Shown: positions 1 through 7,894, counted from the stretch's first letter. The stretch is 64,000 nucleotides of DNA from Terriglobia bacterium (GCA_041482115.1 JBGPDC010000001.1:24296-88295), one strand, 5' to 3'. The notes: generated by a model from the sequence alone, not told the origin. Translations and numbers: made by a program.

Positions 1-31
1 GGACCCCGCGGCCTCTAGGGTTTTTCCCCAC

Positions 32-59
32 TTGACATCCAGCCCTTCCATACTGTAAT
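32..59 (+). promoter_or_regulatory. sigma70-type promoter candidate for the GbsR/MarR-like regulator
   Basis: TTGACA at 32-37, a 16-nt spacer, then TGTAAT at 54-59. It lies 20 nt upstream of ATG 79 in an AT-rich patch of GC-rich DNA. Confidence 0.5.
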
Positions 60-79
60 TTCTGTATTGACAGAAATTA
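56..79. promoter_or_regulatory. 10-4-10 inverted repeat, operator candidate
   Basis: TAATTTCTGT-attg-ACAGAAATTA with perfect arms. It overlaps the -10 box and ends on the A of the start codon. Confidence 0.55.
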
Positions 80-612
80 TGGAACTAGCGCCCGTAACGA
101 AAAAGTTCATCCTCCACTGGGGCGAGATGGGGACCCGCTGGGGTCTCAACCGCACCGTCAGCCAGGTCCATGCCCTACTCTTCATCTCCCCCCGCCCGCT
201 CCACGCCGAGGAAATCGCCCAGACGCTATCCGTCGCCCGCTCGAACGTCAGCACCAGCCTGCGCGAGCTCCAAGGCTGGGGCATTGTCCGCATCGTCCAC
301 GTGATGGGCGACCGCCGCGACCACTTCGAATCCATGAAGGACGTCTGGGAAATGTTCCAGATCGTCATCGACGGCCGCAAGCGCCGCGAGATCGACCCAA
401 CGCTGGCGGCGTTGCGCGAATGCGTCGCGGAGTTGCAAGGGGCGGGGCCCGCGCAGGCCGAAGCCCGCCAGCGCCTCCAGGCGATGCTGGAGTTCTTCGA
501 GACCATGACCGGCTGTTACGAGGAGTTCCGGCGGCTGCCGGCGAGCTCGCTGCGGGAGTTCTTCCGGATGCGGGGCAAGGTCCGCAAGCTGCTGGGCATC
601 GCGCGCCGTTGA
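79..612 (+). CDS. GbsR/MarR-family winged-helix transcriptional regulator
   Basis: ORF 67..612 trimmed to ATG 79. The N-terminus FILHWGEMGTRWGLNRTVSQVHALLFIS is typical of COG1510/GbsR-like regulators. Confidence 0.75.
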   Translation: MELAPVTKKFILHWGEMGTRWGLNRTVSQVHALLFISPRPLHAEEIAQTLSVARSNVSTSLRELQGWGIVRIVHVMGDRRDHFESMKDVWEMFQIVIDGRKRREIDPTLAALRECVAELQGAGPAQAEARQRLQAMLEFFETMTGCYEEFRRLPASSLREFFRMRGKVRKLLGIARR

Positions 613-625
613 AAGGAGCACCGGC

Positions 626-1552
626 ATGAGAATCGCCATTACCGGCGCCACCGGCTTCGTTGGACGCCACCTCGCCCGCGCCCTCGCCGCCCGCGGCCAC
701 GAGCTGCTGTTGATCTCCCGCGGCCTCGATCGCCGCGACCCGGAAATTCGCTCCCTCGCCGGAGCCTGCTTCATGCCCATCGGCACCGGCGATGAAGAGC
801 TGCTCACCCGCGCCTTCGCCGGCTGCCACGCCGTGGCCCACTGCGCCGGCATCAACCGCGAGACCGGCGATCAAACCTACCAGAGCGTCCACGTCGCCGG
901 GACGCGCCACGTGGTCCAGGCCGCGCGCCGCGCCGGCGTGCCGAAGATCGTCCTGCTGAGTTTCCTGCGCGCCCGTCCCCGCTGCGGCTCCGGTTATCAC
1001 GAATCCAAGTGGCAGGCCGAGGAAATCGTGCGATCTTCCGGCTTGGACTTCACGGTCGTCAAAGCCGGCCTCATCTACGGAAGGGGCGACCACATGCTCG
1101 ACCATCTCAGCCTCGCCCTGCGCCTGACCCCGATTTTCGCCGCCGTCGGCCAGGACCGCCCGGTGCGCCCAACCGCCGTCGAGGACGTGGTCCGCGTGCT
1201 CGAGGCGGCCCTGCTGGAAGGCCGGCTCTCGCACCAGACGGTTGCGGTCATGGGACCCGAGGCCATGCCACTGGGAAACGCGGTCCGCCGCGTCGCCCGC
1301 GTGCTCGAGCGGCACGTCTGGATAGTCCGGCTGCCCGTCGCCTGCCACTACCTGCTGGCCCGCCTGTGGGAGCGCGTGATGCCGATCCCGCTCGTTTCGC
1401 TCGCCCAGGTCCGCATGCTGGCCGAAGGGATCACCGAGCCGCTTCCCGCCTGTGCCGGCCTTCCCGACGATCTGGCTCCCGCGAAGTTCTTCACCCCCGA
1501 ACAAATCCGGCGCGGCCTGCCCGACCGCCCGCAAGAAAGGTGTCCCGTATGA
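626..1552 (+). CDS. NAD(P)-binding SDR-family epimerase/dehydratase-like protein (NmrA/NDUFA9-like)
   Basis: RBS AAAGGAG at 612-618. Rossmann motif ITGATGFVGRHL at the N-terminus. 308 aa. Confidence 0.8.
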   Translation: MRIAITGATGFVGRHLARALAARGHELLLISRGLDRRDPEIRSLAGACFMPIGTGDEELLTRAFAGCHAVAHCAGINRETGDQTYQSVHVAGTRHVVQAARRAGVPKIVLLSFLRARPRCGSGYHESKWQAEEIVRSSGLDFTVVKAGLIYGRGDHMLDHLSLALRLTPIFAAVGQDRPVRPTAVEDVVRVLEAALLEGRLSHQTVAVMGPEAMPLGNAVRRVARVLERHVWIVRLPVACHYLLARLWERVMPIPLVSLAQVRMLAEGITEPLPACAGLPDDLAPAKFFTPEQIRRGLPDRPQERCPV

Positions 1553-2904
1553 GCTCGAGCGATCTCTGGCGCTGCGACGGTACGCTCGGCCGCGGCCGCT
1601 ATGCCCTCCTCGGGACGGTCCTGTTCGCCGTCAAGCACAACCTCGACCGGCTGATCGCCTCGTGGTACGGCCGGCCGTGGCGGCCCTTCAACTACCTCGC
1701 CCCGGGCGGCCTGCTCACCTCCCTCTCCGGCGCCGATGCCAGGTTTTACGCGACGCTGATTGCGACGGCGCTGCCCTTCATCTGGGCGGGCGTCGCGCTC
1801 ACCCTGCGCCGTCTCCGCGCCGCGGGACTGCCGCGCTGGCTCGTGGTTCTGTTTTTTGTGCCGCTGGTCAACCTGCTGTTCTTCCTCATCCTTTGCCTGC
1901 TCCCCTCCCCCGGTCCGGCCCCCACTGCGCCCGCGCCCAGCTTCCTCGACCGCCTCGTTCCCGAAAGCCGCGCCGGCAGTGCCGCGGCCGGCGCGCTGCT
2001 CGCTTCCGTAGCAGCCCTGGCGCTGGTGGCGCTCGGCGTGAAGATATTTCAGCAGTACGGCTGGGGCCTCTTCGTCGGTCTCCCCTTCGCCATGGGATTC
2101 GCCTCGGCTCTCGTGTACGGCTACCACGCTCCCCGCAGCCTCGGAAGCTGCATCGGCGTGGGCTGGCTGGCAGTCGCGATCGCCGGAGCGCTGCTGGTGT
2201 CCATGGCCGTCGAGGGCATGGTCTGCCTGGTGATGGCCGCGCCCCTCGCTCTGGTGCTCGCGGCTATGGGATCGGCGATCGGCTACCTGATCCAGAGTCA
2301 CCCGCCGCAGGCTCGCACCGCCACTCCATCCCTGCTGCTGGCGCTCCTGCTCGCCTGCCCGTCGCTGATGTGGGGCGAATATGCCGTTGGTTCCCTCGCG
2401 CCGTTGCTGCCGGTCCGCACCTCTATCGAAATCAGCGCTCCCCCGGACGTCGTCTGGCGCCACGTCGTCGCCTTCGCCGCGCTGCCCGCACCGGACGAGT
2501 GGTTCTTCCACCTCGGCATCGCCTACCCCACGCGCGCCCGGATCGACGGCGCGGGCGTCGGCGCCGTCCGCCACTGCATCTTCTCCACCGGCGAATTCGT
2601 GGAGCCCATCGAAGTCTGGGACGAACCCCGCCTGCTCAAGTTTTCCGTCCTGGCGCAGCCCGCTCCCCTGCGCGAATGGACCCCCTACGCCGAAATCCAT
2701 CCTCCCCACCTCGACAACTACCTGCTGTCCCGCCAAGGCCAGTTCCTGCTGACCGCGCTTCCCGGTGGCCGCACGCGCCTCGAAGGGACTACCTGGTATG
2801 AGAACCGCATGTGGCCCGCCGGCTACTGGCGCCCGTGGTCCGACTGGATCATCCACCGCATCCACCGCCGCGTGCTCGAGCACATCCAGCGCCTCAGCAG
2901 CTAG
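1549..2904 (+). CDS. membrane protein with C-terminal SRPBCC/START-like domain
   Basis: ORF 1009..2904 trimmed to ATG 1549, which forms an ATGA overlap with the upstream stop. The N-terminal half is multi-TM. The C-terminal ~150 aa (VWRHVVAF...GEFVEPIEVWDEPRLLKFSV) resembles SRPBCC family proteins. Confidence 0.65.
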   Translation: MSSSDLWRCDGTLGRGRYALLGTVLFAVKHNLDRLIASWYGRPWRPFNYLAPGGLLTSLSGADARFYATLIATALPFIWAGVALTLRRLRAAGLPRWLVVLFFVPLVNLLFFLILCLLPSPGPAPTAPAPSFLDRLVPESRAGSAAAGALLASVAALALVALGVKIFQQYGWGLFVGLPFAMGFASALVYGYHAPRSLGSCIGVGWLAVAIAGALLVSMAVEGMVCLVMAAPLALVLAAMGSAIGYLIQSHPPQARTATPSLLLALLLACPSLMWGEYAVGSLAPLLPVRTSIEISAPPDVVWRHVVAFAALPAPDEWFFHLGIAYPTRARIDGAGVGAVRHCIFSTGEFVEPIEVWDEPRLLKFSVLAQPAPLREWTPYAEIHPPHLDNYLLSRQGQFLLTALPGGRTRLEGTTWYENRMWPAGYWRPWSDWIIHRIHRRVLEHIQRLSS

Positions 2905-2931
2905 CGTGTGGGCTCCCGAGTTAGTCGGGTA

Positions 2932-3080
2932 GTGGGGCGGGCGCCCTCGCCCGCGGCCGACGCCCTCGTCGGCCTCTTCGGACACGCGACCATGCTGAGC
3001 GCCAAGGAACGCTTTCATCGGTCACCAGCCTCCCAAATGCGCCTTCTTGAGGCCCAAAACGGGCAAAACGGCGCCCCAAA
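2932..3080. repeat. MITE/REP-like element, degenerate copy (CCCT-loop hairpins)
   Basis: It starts GTGGGGCGG. Two tandem hairpins follow: GCGGGCG-ccct-CGCCCGC and GGCCGACG-ccct-CGTCGGCC. The core CCTCTTCGGACACGCGACCATGCTGAGCGCCAAGGAA matches the copy at 35339-35479. The right end is decayed. Confidence 0.6.
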
Positions 3081-3108
3081 CCCTCTTTTCGACGCCTCCC
3101 ATTTTAGG

Positions 3109-3139
3109 TCGGTCGTTTGATTTAATCGGTCGTTTGATT
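3109..3139. repeat. tandem direct repeat TCGGTCGTTTGATT x2 (period 17 bp)
   Basis: Exact 14-mers at 3109-3122 and 3126-3139, in an AT-rich patch 50 nt upstream of ATG 3189. Confidence 0.8.
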
Positions 3140-3188
3140 GAATCCTTACCGACCGCCGGGCTGCTCGGTGCGAAAATGAAAAACGGCT

Positions 3189-3461
3189 ATGCCCTGCCTC
3201 TTGGTGATCCTCATCCTGGCGTTTCCCCGTGTGGTACTGGCGTTCCTGCTGCTCTTCTCACACTACCTGGAGCGCGCCTATCACGGGTTCCTCCTGCCGC
3301 TCCTCGGATTCTTTTTCCTGCCGCTAACCACGCTCGCGTACGCCTGGCTGGTGAACACCGGACAGCCTCTGGCGGGGGCGAATGTGCTGCTGCTGATCCT
3401 GGCGGTTCTGCTGGACGCGGGCGGCCTCGGCGGCGGCGAATATCACCGGCGGAGACGTTAG
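3189..3461 (+). CDS. small hydrophobic membrane protein, unknown function
   Basis: 90-aa ORF with about three hydrophobic segments and an Arg-rich C-terminus. No family recognised. Confidence 0.45.
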   Translation: MPCLLVILILAFPRVVLAFLLLFSHYLERAYHGFLLPLLGFFFLPLTTLAYAWLVNTGQPLAGANVLLLILAVLLDAGGLGGGEYHRRRR

Positions 3462-3466
3462 ACCAA

Positions 3467-4024
3467 GTGAACCAGCACGTCGCTTTCCTGCGCGCCATCA
3501 ATGTGGGGGGACGGGCGGTCGTCAAAATGACCGACCTGCGGGAGACGTTTGCCGCCGCGGGGTGCCGGGACGTCAGAACCTATATCCAGAGCGGGAACGT
3601 CATCTTCGAGTCGCCCACGGAAAACACCGCCGCGTTGTTTCAAAAGGTCCGGGTCCAGCTCCGCAAACTGCTCGGTCAGGAACCCGGCGTTGTGTTCCGA
3701 AGTGTTCGCGAGTTCGAAGGCATGGTAAGGAGCGCCCCCTTCCAGAGTCTCGAAGCCGAACCGGGCATAAAGCTGTGCGTCGTCTTTTTGTCTCAAAAGC
3801 CGCGCAGCAGGCCGCGCTTCCCTTTGGTTTCTGCCCCAGAAGCTGTGGAGGCCGTAGGGATGAAGAACCTCGACGTGTTCGTCGTAAGCCGCCGCAAGAA
3901 GAATGGCTTCCATGGCTTCCCGAATGGTTTCATCGAGAAACAACTGGGCGTTCCGGCGACCACCAGAAACTGGTCGACCGTTCTAAAGATCGTTGAACTT
4001 GTCCGCCCGGAGCCCGGTCGCTGA
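3467..4024 (+). CDS. DUF1697 domain protein
   Basis: ORF 3047..4024 trimmed to GTG 3467. HVAFLRAINVGGRAVVKMTDLR...YIQSGNVIF is the DUF1697 signature. Confidence 0.75.
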   Translation: MNQHVAFLRAINVGGRAVVKMTDLRETFAAAGCRDVRTYIQSGNVIFESPTENTAALFQKVRVQLRKLLGQEPGVVFRSVREFEGMVRSAPFQSLEAEPGIKLCVVFLSQKPRSRPRFPLVSAPEAVEAVGMKNLDVFVVSRRKKNGFHGFPNGFIEKQLGVPATTRNWSTVLKIVELVRPEPGR

Positions 4025-4034
4025 CCGCGCAGCG

Positions 4035-6662
4035 TCAGCGAAAATTCTCGACGAGTACCAGGTCACTCGATTCTGAGGCGAGCGTGTACAGAATCTTCTT
4101 ACCATCCGGAGACACGCTCAGACCAAAGCCTGGGGTTTCCGGAAGCCGGGTCAGGACCCGGCTTTGGCGCGTCGAGAATGCGAAAAACTTCATAGGAAAC
4201 ATCCCGGCTTGGTCCGCCCGTTCCGTGTAGTAAATGCCCTCCGCGGTCACTGCAAAGGCGCGGCTAAAGACGGAGGGCAGCACTTGTTGTTCGCCGCCGC
4301 CCGCCAACAGCCGGGAAAAGAGCGGCGACGAACCGCCTCCCGTCTTGGTGTAGTACAGAATTCGACCGTCTACCGATTCCACGGCGACGTAGCCCCCCTG
4401 ATCGGTTATAAGCGCCGGTTCGCCGCCGGAAGCCGGTACTCGAAAGATTTCGTCTCTTCCGCCGTTCCGGTTGGAGCTGAAGTAGATCCATTTTCCGTCG
4501 CGCGACCAGTTGGGTATGCGATCACTGGCCGGATGCTGAACGACGGGCCGGGGCCGGCCCCCGGTGGAGTCGATCACGTAGATGTCGGGAGTTCCATCGG
4601 CCGTCCGAGAATCGTAGGCAATCCACCGCCCGTCGGGCGACCAGCGCGGACTGCCGGTAGACCTGGGAGAGGATGTCAACTGCAGGGGATGGGAGCCGTC
4701 CGACTCGCAGACCCAAATTTCCCCCCGCCCGGAACGATCAGAAAGAAAAGCGATTCGCTTCCCATCCGGAGAGAACTGGGCGTTGTTTTCGCTACGGGTG
4801 GAGGAGATGAGGCGGCGGGAGCCTGCGCCCGTCTCAAAAATCCAAATGTCAGCATCGGAGGTTTGGTTCGCGTAGGCCAGCAGGCCCGTCTTGGAGATGG
4901 CGGGATACTCACTGGATTCCGGGGCAAAGACCAATCGCTGGGGCGGACCAGACACCACCGGCGCCCTCCACAACCCGAACCCGAGCGCGTACGCGTTGCT
5001 CAGACCGCCGTACAACAGAGTTTGGCTGTCGGAGGCCCACGCTAACCCACGGAGGTTAATGCCCTGCGGGGTCAACAGCCGTGCTTCGCCCTTAGGTCTC
5101 AAGCCACTTTCCAGCTCGGAGATGTAGATTTCGCAGGTATAGTTATTGCTGCAGGACGCGAACGCCAGCCGGCGCCCGTCCGGAGAAGGAACCGGTGAAC
5201 GGTACTCCGCCGCCGAACCCGTGGATACGATCAAGCGGTTCTCCCCGCCTTCCAACGGCATCAGAAAAATTCCGCCCGGTTGTTTGGGCGTCGGGCGCTG
5301 GGCCGCCACGATCCATTTACCGTCTGGAGACCACGAGATCGCGCCGTCGGCGTCGAAGTCCGCCAGCTTGCGCTCCGCTCCTCCCAAGGGCGACACCAGC
5401 AGGATGACCTGTCCTCGCACGAAGGCAATGTTTTTGCCATCGGGTGACCACGCTGGAAAGAGATCCGGGGCTGGATCGGTGGTAAGCCGGAGCGGCGCGC
5501 CCGCCGAGCCGATGATCTTGACATAAATATCCCAGTTGTCCTGCTTGTCCCCGTTCCAGGCGAAGGCTACCTGGTTTCCATCCGGGGAAAAGGTCGGGTT
5601 TGTTTCCGACCCCGTGTAACTCGTCAGCGGCGACGACTTCAAAGCGGGTATGGGCGCAGCCGGGCGGGGGCGTAACAAGATCCAGGCCGCGACTACGGCG
5701 ATCACTGCGATCGCCGCCATCGCTACCCAGCCCCAGCGCCGGACGGGCGGGGCAGGCGCGACGTCTCCCGGGGTCACCCGCCCAGAATCGGACTCCTCTT
5801 TCACCTCCTCCAGTTGGACCTTTAGGTCGGCCATGTGCTGGAAGCGCCGCGCGGGATCCTTCCGCAAACACCGCAGGATGATCCGTTCCAACTCTCTCGG
5901 CAGGGCCTCGACCGTCAGGCTCGGAGCCTTTGGTTCCGTATGCAGGATGGCGGCCATGGTAGCGGCCGACGAGTCGGCGGAAAACGGCCGGCGGCCGGTA
6001 ACCATCTCGTACAAGACCGTGCCGAAGCTAAAGATGTCCGACCGGGCGTCCACCTTGCGGCCTTCGGCCTGCTCGGGGGACATGTAGGCCACGGTCCCCA
6101 GGACGGCGCCGACTTCTGTATGCTCACGCGCGTGCAGGGTGCGAGTGGGGGCGTTCGAGTCGGAGGCATCGGGCTCAGTGGGCTCAGCGAGCTTGGCCAG
6201 ACCGAAGTCCAGCACCTTGACGACCCCGTCTTCGTTGACCATCAGGTTGCCCGGCTTGAGGTCCCGGTGGACGATGCCGGCGCCATGGGCCTTCGTCAGA
6301 GCGTCGGCAATCTGGATCGCACAACGTAGCGCTTCGCCCACCCGCATTCCGCCGCGGCCGATCAGCCGGTCGATGGTCTGGCCGCGAACGTACTCCATGA
6401 CGAGGAAGTCCACGCCGCCGTCCTCGCTGATGTCGTGAATCGTGATGATGTTCGGATGGTTCAGGGCCGAGGCGGCGCGAGCTTCTTGAATGAACCGGCG
6501 GCGGCGCCCTTCGTCGGCCATACGCTCGGCGGGAAGGACCTTAATCGCGACTTCACGGCCCAAGCGGGAATCGCGAGCTTTGTAAACCTCGCCCATCCCG
6601 CCCGCGCCCAGGGGGCCGAGTATCTCGTACGGACCAAGGTTCGTGCCGGCTGCCAGGCGCAT
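4035..6662 (-). CDS. Ser/Thr protein kinase with TM segment and TolB-like (PD40/WD40-like) beta-propeller repeats
   Basis: Kinase motifs GAGGMGEVYKA, HRDLKPGN, DFGLAK and SPEQ. TM segment WGWVAMAAIAVIAVVAAWILL. Repeated SPDG(K/R)xIAF PD40-type blades. Confidence 0.9.
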   Translation of the reverse strand: MRLAAGTNLGPYEILGPLGAGGMGEVYKARDSRLGREVAIKVLPAERMADEGRRRRFIQEARAASALNHPNIITIHDISEDGGVDFLVMEYVRGQTIDRLIGRGGMRVGEALRCAIQIADALTKAHGAGIVHRDLKPGNLMVNEDGVVKVLDFGLAKLAEPTEPDASDSNAPTRTLHAREHTEVGAVLGTVAYMSPEQAEGRKVDARSDIFSFGTVLYEMVTGRRPFSADSSAATMAAILHTEPKAPSLTVEALPRELERIILRCLRKDPARRFQHMADLKVQLEEVKEESDSGRVTPGDVAPAPPVRRWGWVAMAAIAVIAVVAAWILLRPRPAAPIPALKSSPLTSYTGSETNPTFSPDGNQVAFAWNGDKQDNWDIYVKIIGSAGAPLRLTTDPAPDLFPAWSPDGKNIAFVRGQVILLVSPLGGAERKLADFDADGAISWSPDGKWIVAAQRPTPKQPGGIFLMPLEGGENRLIVSTGSAAEYRSPVPSPDGRRLAFASCSNNYTCEIYISELESGLRPKGEARLLTPQGINLRGLAWASDSQTLLYGGLSNAYALGFGLWRAPVVSGPPQRLVFAPESSEYPAISKTGLLAYANQTSDADIWIFETGAGSRRLISSTRSENNAQFSPDGKRIAFLSDRSGRGEIWVCESDGSHPLQLTSSPRSTGSPRWSPDGRWIAYDSRTADGTPDIYVIDSTGGRPRPVVQHPASDRIPNWSRDGKWIYFSSNRNGGRDEIFRVPASGGEPALITDQGGYVAVESVDGRILYYTKTGGGSSPLFSRLLAGGGEQQVLPSVFSRAFAVTAEGIYYTERADQAGMFPMKFFAFSTRQSRVLTRLPETPGFGLSVSPDGKKILYTLASESSDLVLVENFR

Positions 6663-6705
6663 GCTGGTGTTGGTCGTGATGGTACTACTTTCAGAGCGCC
6701 GAGCG

Positions 6706-6846
6706 CATCATCGCCTGACCCCTCACCAAACAATTCAACCACTTGCAAATAATGTTGCAGATCTGCAACTTTTTCCAGGCCCGCTACACCGCCCCATCTT
6801 TCCCCCGCCGCAGCACCGTGACATTCTCCAGCGTCACGAGGTCGGC
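6706..6846. repeat. diverged direct-repeat copy A of the DUF190 3' end plus terminator
   Basis: Aligns by eye with 7467-7614. Shared blocks are CAATTCAAC, TGCAGATCTGCA and CAGCACCGTGAC(A/C)TTCTCCAGCGTCACGAGG. Confidence 0.75.
6784..6846 (-). pseudogene. relic of DUF190 C-terminus (20 codons)
   Basis: The minus strand reads ADLVTLENVTVLRRGKDGAV*, compared with the intact gene end GLVTLEKVTVLQYGPSSRGKDAEA*. An in-frame TAG lies immediately upstream. Confidence 0.65.
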
Positions 6847-6900
6847 CTAAACCGTGGTCAGGCCGCCGAGCTGCCCGCTGATAGAATAAGCTTGCGGGGC

Positions 6901-7327
6901 ATGTTCGAGATCAGGAGCGAGACCGTAGGCGAATCATGGACCAGATCGATGCGGCCTGCAGGACGAACCGGAGCGCGAAACACGAAACAACAAGGTTCTA
7001 AGGCCGAACCGGCTGGCCGAGAGGGAACTGCGGATCGACCGCTTCCGAGTTTTCTACGACATTGACAAGGGAAAGACCGTTGTGAAGATTGAAGCGATCG
7101 GACATAAACGTGGCCAGCTCGTGTCCGTTCGTGGCGAGGAGTTCATTCTTGCAGAGGTCGACGACCTCAACCGGGAGATCGAGTTGGCACGTCAGAACCG
7201 CGCGCTAATGAGGTTTCTGGATTCTCGCGCCCGGCAAACCGAGACCGTTTCGTCGGAAGAGGTCCGGAACCTCCTGGGCCTGCCTGGGTCAAGGGCCCGG
7301 CGGGAATCGCGGCTGACACACCGGTAG
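6901..7327 (+). pseudogene. degenerate RelE/ParE-family toxin fused in frame to an antitoxin-like C-terminal tail
   Basis: Frame 2 from 6929 reads LQDEPERETRNNKVLRPNRLAERELRIDRFRVFYDIDKGKTVVKIEAIGHKRGQLVSVRGEEFIL, a RelE/ParE-like C-terminal half. It then runs into EIELARQNRALMRFLDSRARQTETVSSEEVRNLLGL, which is antitoxin-like. The N-terminal pieces MFEIRSE and IMDQIDAA lie in other frames, and there is a stop at 6926. Confidence 0.5.
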
Positions 7328-7360
7328 AAGAATTGCGGAAGGACGGTGATACAAGATACG

Positions 7361-7393
7361 CGGTTGCCTGCGAGCAGTGCTCGCTGACAACCG
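7361..7393. other. compound stem-loop
   Basis: CGGTTG-cct-GCGAGC-agt-GCTCGC-tga-CAACCG, i.e. outer and inner 6-bp stems. Confidence 0.6.
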
Positions 7394-7411
7394 AATGTCA
7401 GACCGACGATT

Positions 7412-7437
7412 TTGACCCGGCAAATTTGCCGGGTCAA
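7412..7437. other. perfect 26-bp palindrome
   Basis: TTGACCCGGCAAA|TTTGCCGGGTCAA. The arms are exact reverse complements with no spacer. Confidence 0.85.
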
Positions 7438-7466
7438 GCCCACTCCGCCCTCCGCCCCTGGGCCCC

Positions 7467-7614
7467 CATCACCCCTCCCCAACCAATTCAACGACTTAAA
7501 AAAAGAGTGCAGATCTGCACTCTTTATTCGGCCCCACTACGCCTCCGCGTCCTTCCCCCGGCTGCTCGGGCCGTACTGCAGCACCGTGACCTTCTCCAGC
7601 GTCACGAGGCCGCT
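7467..7614. repeat. direct-repeat copy B (authentic DUF190 3' end plus terminator)
   Basis: Partner of 6706-6846. It contains the real stop codon of the DUF190 gene at 7537. Confidence 0.75.
7497..7523 (-). terminator. rho-independent terminator of the crcB-DUF190 operon
   Basis: Perfect 20-bp palindrome AGAGTGCAGATCTGCACTCT at 7504-7523. On the minus strand it is followed by T7 (the A7 run at 7498-7504). It begins 14 nt after the DUF190 stop. Confidence 0.8.
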
Positions 7615-7893
7615 CCCCATCATCGGATCGATCGCTTCGACGAACGCCTGGATCTTCTCCTCGCTATCGACGATCTCGATCACCACCGGCAGGTCTTCCG
7701 AGAGCCGCAGGATCTTCGAGGTGTGCAGGTGGCTCGAAAGCCCGAAGCCGAGCGGGCCGCGCAGCACCGTCGCGCCCCCCAGGTGCATCTCCCGGGCCTT
7801 CAGGACGATCGCTTCGTAAAGCGGCCTCCCGCCCGCCCTGTCCGCCTCGCCCACGAAAATTCTCAGCAACATCGCTTGCCGCGGGATCTGCAT
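7537..7893 (-). CDS. DUF190 domain protein (CrcB-associated)
   Basis: MLLRIFVGEADR...LPVVIEIVDSEEKI is typical of DUF190. The ATG lies 1 nt after the crcB stop. An alternative start is M8. Confidence 0.8.
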   Translation of the reverse strand: MQIPRQAMLLRIFVGEADRAGGRPLYEAIVLKAREMHLGGATVLRGPLGFGLSSHLHTSKILRLSEDLPVVIEIVDSEEKIQAFVEAIDPMMGSGLVTLEKVTVLQYGPSSRGKDAEA

Positions 7894-7894
7894 G

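Noticed and set aside
1348-3018. 556-aa minus-strand ORF and the 1009-1548 N-terminal extension of the 631-aa plus ORF
   Set aside because: Both overlap well-supported genes (the SDR and the membrane/SRPBCC protein). Their sequences are Arg/Pro/Gly-rich low complexity. ATG 1549 with an ATGA overlap gives a coherent protein.
3047-3466. N-terminal 140-aa extension of the DUF1697 ORF
   Set aside because: The extension overlaps the separate small membrane-protein ORF in another frame and is Arg/Pro/Gly-rich. DUF1697 homologues begin at the HVAFLRAINVGG segment, and GTG 3467 fits that.
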